Positions 17,861 to 30,532 of a DNA stretch of 40,419 nucleotides are shown in pieces. This stretch comes from Candidatus Zambryskibacteria bacterium RIFCSPHIGHO2_02_FULL_43_14 (GTDB taxonomy: Bacteria; Patescibacteriota; Minisyncoccia; Phycocordibacterales; Zambryskibacteraceae). Every line of letters begins with the position of its first letter. Position 1 is the stretch's first letter. The notes beneath the pieces are model-generated. The model saw nothing but the letters and a program-made list of their open reading frames with translations, did not search any database and was not told where the DNA came from. The stretch spans positions 5,761 to 46,179 of the forward strand of contig MHVR01000005.1 in NCBI GenBank assembly GCA_001825315.1, in the 5' to 3' direction. Both the position numbers and the translations under genes were made by a program.

Positions 17861-18752
17861 AAGATGTGCCTATTAAAGCGCGAATTCTCTCTTCCACCGG
17901 CGGGTGGGTCATAAAAAGTTTATGAAGGCCAATGGTTGATTTCACGTTAAATGGATTAGTGATAAAGAGATGTGCCGTCGCATTGTTGGCTAGACGCATT
18001 GGAAGAGACGGGGCACTAATTTTTTTCAAAGCGCTGGCCAATCCTTCCGGATATCGGGTCAGAAGGGCGCCGGAAGCATCAGCGAGAAATTCACGTTTAC
18101 GCGATATGGCTAGTCGAATAAGGGTGGCGGTGACAGGTGTCAAGATCGCTAAAATAAGGCCAATAATTAGTAAAATTGCTCCCCCATTATTGTCTCTATT
18201 ACGATTACTTCCCCACCTTTGTGAACGTAGGAAAAGGTCGGAAAGCATAGTCACAAAGCCCGCCATTACCACCATCACGGTTGAAAGGAGTATGTCGCGG
18301 TTACCGATATGAGATAGTTCATGAGCGATTACCCCTTCAAGTTCATTTTTATTGAGCGTCGTAAGTAGGCCGATAGTAACACAAATCACGGCATGCTCTT
18401 TATTCCGCCCAGTAGCAAAAGCGTTTGGCACCGGGTCGTCTATTACGAAGAGTCCGGGCATAGGTAATCCCGCAGTGATAGAGAGATTCTCGACGGCATT
18501 CCAGAGATCGAAATATTGGTCCCTTGTTGCGGGCTTTGCCCCGTGGAGTTTGAGTACAATTTTATCAGAGAACCAATACGAAAAGATGTTCATAATAATT
18601 GCAAAAGTAAAAGCAACATAAAGGATAACGGTATTGCCATAAAGATATGAAAAGAACCAACCGAAAGCCATAATGATAGAAAAGAAAAGCGCCATTAAAC
18701 CCCACGTCTTCCAGATATTCTCATCTTGGTGAGTGTAGATATTGCTCGACAT
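17847..18752 (-). CDS. htpX: M48 zinc metalloprotease HtpX
   Basis: PNAFATG, AHELSH, SRKREFLAD and THPPVEERI motifs. Confidence 0.95.
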   Translation of the reverse strand: MSSNIYTHQDENIWKTWGLMALFFSIIMAFGWFFSYLYGNTVILYVAFTFAIIMNIFSYWFSDKIVLKLHGAKPATRDQYFDLWNAVENLSITAGLPMPGLFVIDDPVPNAFATGRNKEHAVICVTIGLLTTLNKNELEGVIAHELSHIGNRDILLSTVMVVMAGFVTMLSDLFLRSQRWGSNRNRDNNGGAILLIIGLILAILTPVTATLIRLAISRKREFLADASGALLTRYPEGLASALKKISAPSLPMRLANNATAHLFITNPFNVKSTIGLHKLFMTHPPVEERIRALIGTSYGPR

Positions 18753-19306
18753 TAAAACTTGACTGCAACAGGTTCTCTAGCAGTTTCTTCTTCAAGTTCA
18801 AAGAATTCCATAACCGAAAAATGGAACATTCCAGCGATGAAATTGTTTGGAAAGGATTCTATTTTAATATTGAGATCACGAACATTAGTATTATAGAAGC
18901 GACGGGCCGCTTGAATTTTGTTTTCTGTATCAGAAAGTTCTTCTTGAAGTTTGAGAAAATTTTGGTTTGCTTTCAAATCCGGATAAGCTTCAGCCAAGGC
19001 AAAGATAGATTTGAGTGCGCCGCTAAGCACATTTTCTGCCTTGCCTCTCTCCCCTATATCACCTGCATTCATAGCTGCCGCACGAGCTTTTGTCACATTT
19101 TCAAACGCGCTCGATTCGTGTGTAGCATACCCTTTAACTGTATTTACTAGATTTGGAATAAGATCGTAACGACGCTTGAGTTGAATATCAATATCCGCCC
19201 AAGCTTCTTTAGTCCTATTGACCAGACGAACGAAACCGTTGTAAGCAAATACTACCCAGAGAAAAATAATAACTACAGCAATAAAGAGAATTAATGTTAT
19301 GGACAT
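18752..19306 (-). CDS. lemA: LemA family protein
   Basis: QLKRRYDLIPNLV, EAYPDLKA and ENKIQAARRFYN motifs; start at ATG 19306. Confidence 0.95.
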   Translation of the reverse strand: MSITLILFIAVVIIFLWVVFAYNGFVRLVNRTKEAWADIDIQLKRRYDLIPNLVNTVKGYATHESSAFENVTKARAAAMNAGDIGERGKAENVLSGALKSIFALAEAYPDLKANQNFLKLQEELSDTENKIQAARRFYNTNVRDLNIKIESFPNNFIAGMFHFSVMEFFELEEETAREPVAVKF

Positions 19307-19326
19307 AACCAAATTATATCACAAAC

Positions 19327-21329
<2,003 letters not shown>

Positions 21330-21377
21330 ATTGCTCGCATTATATTCAAAAAAACTTCAAAGTCAAACTCACCTGCT

Positions 21378-21400
21378 TGTGCAAAGTCGAACTTTGCACA
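21378..21400. repeat. Palindrome with perfect 10-bp arms between groS and secG
   Basis: TGTGCAAAGT-CGA-ACTTTGCACA. Confidence 0.75.
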
Positions 21401-21464
21401 TTTAATCCGTCTTACACAAATTGCGCATTTTTGGAAATTGGGGTAATATTGGGGAGTACAAACG

Positions 21465-21692
21465 ATGATTCAGATTCTTCCCTACATCCAGATTGTCCTT
21501 AGTCTTCTTCTCGTGGCGGGAGTGCTTCTCCAGCGCTCGGAAGAAAGTCTTGGTTCCGCCTTCGGCAGCGATGGTGCTGCTGGAGGGCGCTTTATGCGCC
21601 GTGGATTTGAAAAGATTCTTTTTAACGCCACTTTAGTTGTTGCCGTCCTTTTTATTCTTTCTGCCTTTGCCAATCTTCTTATCGGCCGATAG
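21465..21692 (+). CDS. secG: Preprotein translocase subunit SecG
   Basis: Two TM segments; VLLQ...LGSAFG...RRGFEKIL pattern. Confidence 0.9.
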   Translation: MIQILPYIQIVLSLLLVAGVLLQRSEESLGSAFGSDGAAGGRFMRRGFEKILFNATLVVAVLFILSAFANLLIGR

Positions 21693-21718
21693 TTTGATAA
21701 ACTCATTACAAGTAAGAA

Positions 21719-23473
21719 ATGAATTATAAAGACGCGCGAGTGCTTCTCTCAAAGCGCTTCAATGTCCCAAAAGAATATTCAATCCGTAAAATCTTGCGTT
21801 CGTTTACTATAGCCGAGAAGGCGGTTTTCTATTTTTTCGCTTCAATTTTTATTTTCTCTGGCATCACTCTTTTATGGCAAGTCAACAGCGCTTATCTCGT
21901 AGAAGTGCCCACTCGTGGCGGTATTCTGACGGAGGGAGTAGTTGGCAATCCCCGCTTTATCAACCCAGTGCTGGCAATTTCGGAGGCAGATAAAAATCTT
22001 GTAGCTCTTCTCTACTCTGGTTTGGTACGCATTACTCCGACTGGTAAAATTGAAAATGATTTGGCCGAGGAGGTAATAATTTCAGAGGATCGTTTAACCT
22101 ATACGATTCGTATTTATGAAGATGCCCGCTTTCACGATGGTGAGCCTCTTACAGCCGATGATGTTATCTTTACCATCGATAGAATTATCGATCCTGCCAC
22201 TAAAAGCCCGAAACGTGGCAACTGGGATGGAGTTACGATCGCTAAAATAGATGACCGGACCGTCTCGTTTACTCTAAGACAGGCATACACTCCATTTATT
22301 TACAATTTGACAATTGGTATTTTACCTAAACATATATGGAAGAATGTTTCCGATGATGAATTCTCTTTTAGTCAGTTTAATACTCTACCAATCGGTTCTG
22401 GGCCATATAAAGTAGAAAGGGTTGAGAGAAATTCGGGTGGTATTCCGAATTTCTATTCACTCAGTCCGTTTGAAAGTGTTTCGAGTAAAGCGCCATTTAT
22501 AAAAAATTTAGTTTTCAGATTTTATCCGAGCGAAATCGCGCTCATTGAAGCTTATAACAAAGGCATCGTGGAGAGCTTAAGCGGTATCTCACCAGAAAAG
22601 ATACTTGAACTCAAGAGAAATGGCCAACAGATTATCTCTTCCCCTCTACCTCGTGTTTTTGCCGTCTTTTTCAATCAAAATCAATCTAAAGTACTTTTAA
22701 ATAAAGAAGTGCGTCAAGCGCTTGATCTCACAAGTCCTAAAGAAGAGATAGTCGAAACAGTTCTTGGAGGATATGGTACGGTCATCGATAGCCCTTTACC
22801 TGCAGGCATTTACTCTTGGACGAGTGCCAAAGAGAAACTTACATCCGAAGAAAGGATGGAAACGGCCAAAGCGCTTTTAGAAAAAGCTGGCTGGAAAGCC
22901 AATATGGAAACTGGTGTACTTGAAAAGAAATCTGCCTCTGGTACAATAACTTTGTCGTTTTCTATCTCTACCGGTAATGCCCCAGAACTTCGGGCAGTGG
23001 CGGATGAGCTGGTCGCTCGATGGCAGAAACTTGGTGCGAAGGTTGACATTCTCGTCTTTGAGACCGGTGACCTAAACCAAAATATTATCCGTCCGAGAAA
23101 TTTCGACGCTCTTCTTTTCGGCGAAGTGGTTGGTAGAAACGCAGATCTCTATCCCTTTTGGCATTCCTCGCAAAGAACGGACCCGGGACTCAATATTGCT
23201 CTCTACACTAACAGTCACGCTGATAAATTACTAGATGACGCCAGAAGTGCCAGTGACTCCGATACAATAGAGAAAAACTACAAAATGTTTGCGGAAGAGT
23301 TACAAGCCGATGTGCCAGCCGTCTTCCTTTATACACCCGGGTTTCTTTACGTCGTGCCGAAGTCGGTAAGGGCGATTAATCTGGGTTCACTCGCGGTTTC
23401 TCAAGACAGATTTCTCGGCGTGAAAGACTGGTATATCGAAACGGATAGGGTTTGGAAAATATTCGTTAATTAA
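21719..23473 (+). CDS. Peptide ABC transporter substrate-binding protein (family 5), membrane-anchored
   Basis: FHDGEPLTADDVIFT, PIGSGPY and DLYPFWHSSQ motifs; no adjacent permeases. Confidence 0.9.
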   Translation: MNYKDARVLLSKRFNVPKEYSIRKILRSFTIAEKAVFYFFASIFIFSGITLLWQVNSAYLVEVPTRGGILTEGVVGNPRFINPVLAISEADKNLVALLYSGLVRITPTGKIENDLAEEVIISEDRLTYTIRIYEDARFHDGEPLTADDVIFTIDRIIDPATKSPKRGNWDGVTIAKIDDRTVSFTLRQAYTPFIYNLTIGILPKHIWKNVSDDEFSFSQFNTLPIGSGPYKVERVERNSGGIPNFYSLSPFESVSSKAPFIKNLVFRFYPSEIALIEAYNKGIVESLSGISPEKILELKRNGQQIISSPLPRVFAVFFNQNQSKVLLNKEVRQALDLTSPKEEIVETVLGGYGTVIDSPLPAGIYSWTSAKEKLTSEERMETAKALLEKAGWKANMETGVLEKKSASGTITLSFSISTGNAPELRAVADELVARWQKLGAKVDILVFETGDLNQNIIRPRNFDALLFGEVVGRNADLYPFWHSSQRTDPGLNIALYTNSHADKLLDDARSASDSDTIEKNYKMFAEELQADVPAVFLYTPGFLYVVPKSVRAINLGSLAVSQDRFLGVKDWYIETDRVWKIFVN

Positions 23474-23486
23474 AACTTAAAGACAA

Positions 23487-25268
23487 ATGAATCCAATAGA
23501 TAATGCGTTTGCAAGTGGCCTGCGTCACAAAAATATTCATCGAAGGTCTAACGCGCCTGTGATGGTTAAGAAGACTAGCGATATCGTCCCGCCTCTCGGG
23601 GATAGTATTAGAATTATCCCTTTGGGAGGTGTGGAAGAGATCGGCAAGAACATGACCGTCATTGAATTTGGCGAGGATATTATTGTGATTGATGCCGGCA
23701 TCCAATTTACTGACGATGATACTCCCGGTGTTGATTACATTTTACCGAATATCAAGTATCTAGAAGAACGCAAGGATCGGATTCGCGCCTTAGTAATTAC
23801 CCATGGCCATCTCGACCACATCGGTGGTATTCCCTATCTCATCACCCGGCTCGGCAACCCGCCAATCTATACCCGTGAATTTGGCGCACTGCTTATTCAG
23901 AAACGTCAAGTAGAATTTCCCCAACTTGCTCCGCTTAATATTAAAATTGTGGAAGTGTCTGATAAATCTATTCCCATTACAGACAACCTTAAAGTGCGAT
24001 TCTTTGGCTTGACTCACTCTATACCGGACTCCAACGGTGTCATTATCGAAACGCCTTATGGTGATATTGTCAATACCGGTGATGTGCGTATAGAAAATGA
24101 AAACGGCGTACCTGCAGAGAAAGAAATAGAGCAGTATAAAATGTTTAAAGATCGCAATGTCCTTCTCTTCACTATGGACTCGACCGGCATAGACAAACCC
24201 GGTTTTTCCCCGTCAGAAACCTCTATCTTAAAAAATATAGACACCATCGTAGCGACCGCTCCGGGTAGAGTGATTTTGGCCACTTTCGCTTCCCAAGTTG
24301 AGAGAATTGTAGAATTTTTTAATATCGCTAGACGTTATGGCAAGAAAGTCGTTATAGAAGGTCGCAGTATGAAAACTAACGTCGAGATTATTAAACATCT
24401 TAATCTAGTTAATACAGATCATATCGTTCCCATCGAGGATATAGAGAAGTATCCGCCAAACAAAATTATAATGATTGCTACAGGTGCCCAAGGCGAAGAA
24501 TTCGCCGCCTTGATGCGCATGTCCAACAAGACTCATAAATTTATCCGTCTACAACGTTCCGATACCATTATTCTCTCCTCTTCAGTCATTCCGGGCAATG
24601 ACCGCGCCGTTGAGAAACTAAAAGATAATCTTTTCCGTCACGATTCCAAGATAATCACTTATCTTGATTCGGATGTGCATACTTCTGGCCATGGTAAGCG
24701 CGGCGAGCTCGAGTGGGTGCACAAACAAATTCCATATAAATATTTTATGCCCGTGCATGGCAGCCACTTCCGGCTCAAGATGCACGCCGAACTTGCCGCT
24801 AGTCTCGGCTGTCCGCGAGAAAATATCATAGTTCCGGACAACGGTAGCATTATAGAGATTCAGGATAAGGGCGCCAGATTCGTTAAATTGTCGGAGAAAG
24901 CGCCTTCGGACGACATGGTCGTGGAAGGCCTCTCTATCGGCGATATTTCGGAAGTGGTTATTCGAGACAGAAAAATGTTGGCAGAAGACGGCATATTCGT
25001 CGTCATCGCCTTAGTAAATACCAGAACCGGACGACTCAGGAAATCGCCGGATATTATCGCTAGAGGATTTGTTTATCTGCGAGAGTCGCAAGAACTTCTT
25101 TCGGAAGCGCGTTCCGTTATCAAGCGTTCTATCGAGTCCACCACCGTGGGTACAAATCCCATCAATTTCGACTATGTTAAAAATGCAGTGACCGAGGATG
25201 TTTCCCGCTTTCTTTTCCAACGCACTGCCAAGAAACCCATAGTCATCCCCGTTATCTTAGGAGTATGA
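23487..25268 (+). CDS. rnj: Ribonuclease J
   Basis: PLGGVEEIGKNM, THGHLDHIGG, HSIPD, HTSGH and PVHG motifs. Confidence 0.97.
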   Translation: MNPIDNAFASGLRHKNIHRRSNAPVMVKKTSDIVPPLGDSIRIIPLGGVEEIGKNMTVIEFGEDIIVIDAGIQFTDDDTPGVDYILPNIKYLEERKDRIRALVITHGHLDHIGGIPYLITRLGNPPIYTREFGALLIQKRQVEFPQLAPLNIKIVEVSDKSIPITDNLKVRFFGLTHSIPDSNGVIIETPYGDIVNTGDVRIENENGVPAEKEIEQYKMFKDRNVLLFTMDSTGIDKPGFSPSETSILKNIDTIVATAPGRVILATFASQVERIVEFFNIARRYGKKVVIEGRSMKTNVEIIKHLNLVNTDHIVPIEDIEKYPPNKIIMIATGAQGEEFAALMRMSNKTHKFIRLQRSDTIILSSSVIPGNDRAVEKLKDNLFRHDSKIITYLDSDVHTSGHGKRGELEWVHKQIPYKYFMPVHGSHFRLKMHAELAASLGCPRENIIVPDNGSIIEIQDKGARFVKLSEKAPSDDMVVEGLSIGDISEVVIRDRKMLAEDGIFVVIALVNTRTGRLRKSPDIIARGFVYLRESQELLSEARSVIKRSIESTTVGTNPINFDYVKNAVTEDVSRFLFQRTAKKPIVIPVILGV

Positions 25269-26413
25269 TAAGATTCGCAATTGTTCTCATCATCACCTTC
25301 TTTGTTTCGCTTCATTGGGGTGCCATTCTCTATGTAAACTCTTCTCTTTTAAGCAACTTCTTTACGCCTGATATTATCAGCATTTTTTTCCTTCTCGGTG
25401 GTGTCGGTAATGTTATCCTTTTTCTTCTCGCTCCCAAATTAATCGAGCGATTAGGCAAACACCGACTTCTATTGTCTTTCTTAATACTTGCCGCAGTAAG
25501 TACTTTAAACTTAGCTTGGGCAACCACAGAAGCGTTAGTGGCCATTTCTTTTATTATTTATGCCAGCACAATTTACATGATATTTTACTGTTTTGACATC
25601 TTCCTTGAAGAACTCTCGACAGATACTAAAACGGGCGAGATACGAGGTATTTATATTGCCACGATTCACTTAGGACTAATCTTAGGACTATTCATGCTTA
25701 CCGTTCTGGCAATAGCAGATGTTCTTAAATATGTTTATATAGCCGCAACCGTTTTACTTGTTCCTCCGATTCTTTTTACAATTTTTTCTCTCAAAACATC
25801 CTCGCCGACATGGCACGGACTTCATAGACATCATGCTCTCTTGCCGTTCGGGCTTTGGTGGCGAACTCGGAGCATCAGACGAGCGACTCTAGCCAGATTC
25901 TCACTTGAATTCTTTTATACCTTCATGACTATTTACGCGCCTCTATATCTGCATAGCGTACTCGGTTTCGAGTGGAACGTGATCGGTACGATGTTTATAG
26001 TAATGCTTTTGCCTTTTATTTTTTTCCAATGGCCTGTGGGTAAATTAGCAGATCACTTTATTGGAGAAAAAGAATTGATGATTATTGGATTTCTTCTCAT
26101 GATTGTCTCTCTCCTTTTTATGCCTTACCTTGAAGCGGTAGTGATTGTTTGGACTCTCGCTCTATTATTATCCCGAGTTGGAGCCAGTCTTGTCGAAATC
26201 ACAACTGACAGCTATTTCTTCAAACATATAAGCGCTTATGATATTCGGCTTTTGAGCATCTTCCGCCTAACTCGGCCAGCAAGCATTGTTCTCGGCACCG
26301 CGGTCGGCGCTATATCTTTAAATATCTTTTCATTTGAAAAAATATTTTTCGTCTTGGCTTTGGTAGTTTTCTTTGGCCTTAAAGAAAGTTTGCTTATCAA
26401 AGATACCCTCTAA
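25265..26413 (+). CDS. MFS transporter
   Basis: About 12 TM segments; motif A-like GKLADHFIGEK. Confidence 0.85.
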   Translation: MIRFAIVLIITFFVSLHWGAILYVNSSLLSNFFTPDIISIFFLLGGVGNVILFLLAPKLIERLGKHRLLLSFLILAAVSTLNLAWATTEALVAISFIIYASTIYMIFYCFDIFLEELSTDTKTGEIRGIYIATIHLGLILGLFMLTVLAIADVLKYVYIAATVLLVPPILFTIFSLKTSSPTWHGLHRHHALLPFGLWWRTRSIRRATLARFSLEFFYTFMTIYAPLYLHSVLGFEWNVIGTMFIVMLLPFIFFQWPVGKLADHFIGEKELMIIGFLLMIVSLLFMPYLEAVVIVWTLALLLSRVGASLVEITTDSYFFKHISAYDIRLLSIFRLTRPASIVLGTAVGAISLNIFSFEKIFFVLALVVFFGLKESLLIKDTL

Positions 26414-26428
26414 AGGGTGAATATTCAT

Positions 26429-27073
26429 TTATTTTCTATATTCTACTATCTCTCCAGCATGAATTTCAACTTCGTCTGCCTTGCGTAAATTTCTTATTTG
26501 TTTCGGAGAGAGAATCTTGGTATGAGGCGAGTGGTCAAGTTTGTGGGCAAGATCCGCCAAATTTTCTTTGCTTACAATCCACCTGTTTCCATACTTTGAT
26601 ATATCGAAAGGATTGGAAAAGCTTCTTAATGTTTTTCTACCATTATTCAGAAAATATTCGTGAAAGTAGGACATGACCAATTCGCGCACACTTCGGTATA
26701 TCGGTTCGCGATAACGCAGAACTGCGTGGTTAGTTTTGGAAATAGCGCCCCATCCGCCGTTCTCTCGAAACAAAGCGACCACATGATCGAAATCTGGCCG
26801 GACGGTTTTGAGATCAAGAAGGAGCGGCTGTTTACCCTGAATCCAGAGCGCGGCGGCTGCTATAAGCGCTCCTTCGAAACAATGCGCTCGTCCCCTTTTC
26901 AACGCAAATCTGACTGAGGAATGAGTTTCTCCTCTTTTCTCAAAATTAAAAGGCAGAGAGTTTAGAAAATCTTGAATTTTCTTCGGCCGAGAAAGTCTCT
27001 TGAGTACCTGCCACTCCTTTTGTGTCAGTCCGGAATCTTTCAGACTCAAGGTCTTATTGCTTTTCTTTGACAT
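26429..27073 (-). CDS. Conserved hypothetical protein, transglutaminase-like (Cys/His)
   Basis: AHCFEGALIAAAAL, DHVVALF, WGAISKTNH, YREPIY; start at 27073 or 27091. Confidence 0.75.
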   Translation of the reverse strand: MSKKSNKTLSLKDSGLTQKEWQVLKRLSRPKKIQDFLNSLPFNFEKRGETHSSVRFALKRGRAHCFEGALIAAAALWIQGKQPLLLDLKTVRPDFDHVVALFRENGGWGAISKTNHAVLRYREPIYRSVRELVMSYFHEYFLNNGRKTLRSFSNPFDISKYGNRWIVSKENLADLAHKLDHSPHTKILSPKQIRNLRKADEVEIHAGEIVEYRK

Positions 27074-28775
27074 AACCTTTTTCTCTTTCAAGAAGATTAC
27101 GCCAGTGTCTGTCCTTTTCTAATTCAAAGGCCTTTGAATCGAAGCTGTGAGTTTCTATAAGAGATGCGGCGTGATGAGCTCCTAAATGATGAGGTATAAC
27201 TACGTACGAAGCTCCAGCAGCATAAAGTTTCTTGGCTTGTTCGATATCATGCGAGATAACTATGGCAATGCCGGTGGGATTATGATTACGATAATGATTG
27301 ATCAAAAGCAAATTAGTCTTAAGTTCTGGTATAGTCGAGATAATGAGCTTGGCCTTGGTAAAATTGATCTCTTGTAGAAACTCAATATCCTCGGCATCCC
27401 CGTAACGGTAAGGGATGCGCCATTCTTTAAGGCGTGCGATAGATCGCGGACTAAAATCAACCACCAAATAACTAGCTGTTATCTTTTGCGCCGCTTTTAC
27501 AAACTCAAACCCCACTCTGTCATAGCCGAAGATGATGACATCAGTGCAATTATTATTAAGATCTTGTACTGGCATAGTGGAGCGACGAAGAATTAGAAAA
27601 ACCAAAATCGGCTTAAGCCAAAGATAAACATAATCCGCATATAATATCAGATAAGTTGAGACAGCGATTGTGATAATCCCGACTAAAGTGATAAGCGAGA
27701 CCACCTCTTGACTGATATGGCCAAAATAATATCCGAGAGTGGCAAGAATTAGGGAAAATTCGCTAATCTGCGCCACAGTCAAGCCAGCCATGAAGGCGGT
27801 GCGAGTGCGATAACCGAGTATATTCATTAATAAAAGAACGATCAATGGATTGCCAACAAGAACAAAAATGCTTAAGACCAACGCTGGAATAAGTAGAAGA
27901 GAAATTTGATTTACCACAAGCTGTGAACCCAACAAGACAAAAAAGAGCATGATAAAGAAATCTCTTAAGGGTTTTAAACGAGAAGCTATTTCGTAAGCGA
28001 AAGGTGAAACAGCGAGAGTGATACCAGCTATCAAGGCGCCAATCTCGATAGAAAAGCCCAAAACATAAAAAAGAGAAGATAATCCGAGACCCCACGCTAG
28101 AGAAAAGATAAAGAGAATCTCTTGTTGTTCAGCAACAAAAGCTGAAATGCGTGGTAAAACATGCTTACTTATCAAATACAGAAGAGCGACAATTATCGTC
28201 CCCTTACCTATTAAGATAAAGATTTCGAGAGCCGTGGTAAAGGAGAAATTGATGGCGTTAGTCGCGGCCGCACCCATCACACTGACACCCAAAAGTAGAA
28301 TGACTGCTACGATATCTTGAACCAGAAGGAAACCGATCGATATTTTGCCGTAAAGTTTTTGAATATCCCCCCTATCCGACAATAACTTTGAGATAATAAT
28401 CGTGCTTGAAAAAGTTAGCGCTACGGCAACATAGAGCGAATTTATCGTCCCTAATCCCAACGCGCGAACGATAAAAAATCCTATAAGCGAAGTGAAAAGT
28501 ATTTGTCCCAGACCGGTTATAACAGAAGTTCTGCCAACCTCGCGCATCACGTCCGGATTAAGCGTTAAGCCGATGATAAATAAAAGAATAGAGACTCCAA
28601 TTTTTGAGAAGAGTTCTATCTCCTCGCGGGCCTGGAGAATATCGAGAGCATACGGACCGACCAAAATGCCGACGGCAATGTAACCGACGATGAGTGGCTG
28701 TTTGAGAAATTTAACCACCAGTGAGACAGCGGTGGCCAGAACAAGTATAAGAGAAAGTTCGACGAAGACGGTCAT
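27054..28775 (-). CDS. CPA2/Kef-type cation:proton antiporter with KTN (TrkA-N) domain
   Basis: FSSTIII, LLVQD, AQISEFS; C-terminal IFGYDRVG and YGDAED. Confidence 0.93.
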   Translation of the reverse strand: MTVFVELSLILVLATAVSLVVKFLKQPLIVGYIAVGILVGPYALDILQAREEIELFSKIGVSILLFIIGLTLNPDVMREVGRTSVITGLGQILFTSLIGFFIVRALGLGTINSLYVAVALTFSSTIIISKLLSDRGDIQKLYGKISIGFLLVQDIVAVILLLGVSVMGAAATNAINFSFTTALEIFILIGKGTIIVALLYLISKHVLPRISAFVAEQQEILFIFSLAWGLGLSSLFYVLGFSIEIGALIAGITLAVSPFAYEIASRLKPLRDFFIMLFFVLLGSQLVVNQISLLLIPALVLSIFVLVGNPLIVLLLMNILGYRTRTAFMAGLTVAQISEFSLILATLGYYFGHISQEVVSLITLVGIITIAVSTYLILYADYVYLWLKPILVFLILRRSTMPVQDLNNNCTDVIIFGYDRVGFEFVKAAQKITASYLVVDFSPRSIARLKEWRIPYRYGDAEDIEFLQEINFTKAKLIISTIPELKTNLLLINHYRNHNPTGIAIVISHDIEQAKKLYAAGASYVVIPHHLGAHHAASLIETHSFDSKAFELEKDRHWRNLLEREKGYVKEKQ

Positions 28776-30418
28776 TTTTTCTTTATAGCGGCTTGAATAA
28801 AAGCGGTGAAGAGGGGGTGTGGCGCCAATGGTCTAGCCTTGAATTCAGGGTGGAATTGCGTTGCCAGAAAAAATGGGTGAACACTCTTTGGTAATTCGAC
28901 TATCTCGCAGAGCTTCCCGTCTGGAGAGATGCCAGAGAAGATCATGCCTGCGGCGGTAAGTTTATCTATATATTCCGGATTGACTTCAAAGCGATGCCTG
29001 TGCCTCTCGGAAATTTTATTTGTCCCATACGCTTGATGGGCAAGAGTCTTTGGTTTAATTACGGCTGGGTAGGCTCCAAGCCGCATACTCCCGCCGTAGT
29101 CCCCCTTGATAAGTTTTTCTTTTTGCTCTTTCATCACGTCTATCACCGGATATTTGGTGCTTTTATTTATTTCTGTAGTATGAGCGTTTATGAGACCGGC
29201 CTTATTTCTTGCATATTCTACCACCGCAAGTTGCATGCCGTAACAGAGTCCGAGATACGGAATTTTATTTTCTCTGACAAATTTTATCGAGCCGAGAATC
29301 CCATCTACACCGTTAGTGCCAAACCCGCCTGGTACTATCACCCCGTCGTATGCCCTAAGTTCGTTTATCGAACGCTTGCCGGTCTCATATTCTTTGGAAT
29401 TTATCCAGATGAGCTCTGGCTTAACGTTTTGCCAATATGAAGAAAATTTTATAGCTTCTATGACGGAAACATAAGCGTCAGAAAGAACGAAGTCCCCGGT
29501 ATCAAAATACTTGCCTATGACCGCGATTTTAAGTTTCTTCTTTGCCGACTTAGCTTTCGAGACAAACCTTCTCCAAGCTATCAAATCCTTTTTGCGGGGT
29601 CTTATACCGAAATGGCCAAGAATCCTTTGGCTTAATCCGTCCCGTTCGAAATTAATCGGTACTTCGTAAATACTTTCAATGTCAGGCGCGGCTATGATGT
29701 CTCTACTCGATACTCCGTTGGCGACGGCTATTTTTTCTTTGCGCTTTTGGTCAATAGGTATTTCGCTTCTGGCAATAACCATATCCGGCTGAATACCATA
29801 CGAGTTAAGTTGACGGATAGCGTTTTGGGTTAATTTGGTTTTCATCTCGCCTATTTTACCTGGCACGGGCAAGTAAGAAACCATCACAAACATCACATTC
29901 TCCGGTTCTCGAATCTTTAAAAGTCTGGTCGCTTCCAAGAAAATGGCATTCTGATATTCCCCGATAGTTCCGCCGATTTCAAAGACGGTGAAATCGGCAT
30001 TCGTCTTTTTGATAGAGCGTTTGATACGATTTAATATTTCTTCGGTAATATGATAGACGGGTTCAACACACTTGCCGTTGTATCCTAAAGCACGCTCTTT
30101 ATCGATAACGTATTTGAAGACCATGCCGTTGGTCAGGTAATTTTCGGCTGGCATGTCAGCGTTAAGAAAACGCTCATAATTACCCATATCTTGGTCTGTC
30201 TCAAGGCCGGAGTCGAGCACAAACACTTCGCCATGTTCGACCGGATTCATGGTGCCAGCATCGACATTTAAATAAGGATCAGCTTTGATGAGACTAATCT
30301 TGAAACCTTTAGATTGAAGGATGGTGCCTATAGAAGAGGTGGCCACTCCCTTACCTACCCCGCTCATCACTCCGCCCACAACGAAGATATATCTATGCTT
30401 CCTTTCCTTCCTTCTCAT
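28772..30418 (-). CDS. pyrG: CTP synthase
   Basis: GGVMSGVGKG, DPYLNVDAGTM, GLCYGMQ, RHRHRFE and QFHPEF motifs. Confidence 0.98.
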   Translation of the reverse strand: MRRKERKHRYIFVVGGVMSGVGKGVATSSIGTILQSKGFKISLIKADPYLNVDAGTMNPVEHGEVFVLDSGLETDQDMGNYERFLNADMPAENYLTNGMVFKYVIDKERALGYNGKCVEPVYHITEEILNRIKRSIKKTNADFTVFEIGGTIGEYQNAIFLEATRLLKIREPENVMFVMVSYLPVPGKIGEMKTKLTQNAIRQLNSYGIQPDMVIARSEIPIDQKRKEKIAVANGVSSRDIIAAPDIESIYEVPINFERDGLSQRILGHFGIRPRKKDLIAWRRFVSKAKSAKKKLKIAVIGKYFDTGDFVLSDAYVSVIEAIKFSSYWQNVKPELIWINSKEYETGKRSINELRAYDGVIVPGGFGTNGVDGILGSIKFVRENKIPYLGLCYGMQLAVVEYARNKAGLINAHTTEINKSTKYPVIDVMKEQKEKLIKGDYGGSMRLGAYPAVIKPKTLAHQAYGTNKISERHRHRFEVNPEYIDKLTAAGMIFSGISPDGKLCEIVELPKSVHPFFLATQFHPEFKARPLAPHPLFTAFIQAAIKKK

Positions 30419-30532
30419 TTTTGTGTTTTTAATTTCTTTTTCTTTTTGATTGGATTCATCATGGCATTTTTCACTACCCCCTCAAGACGAGGCGGCGTGG
30501 TGAGATGGTCCATCTTGCGCAACATTTTCTTC

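Noticed and set aside
21330-21464. CIRCE element
   Set aside because: The consensus TTAGCACTC-N9-GAGTGCTAA is not present.
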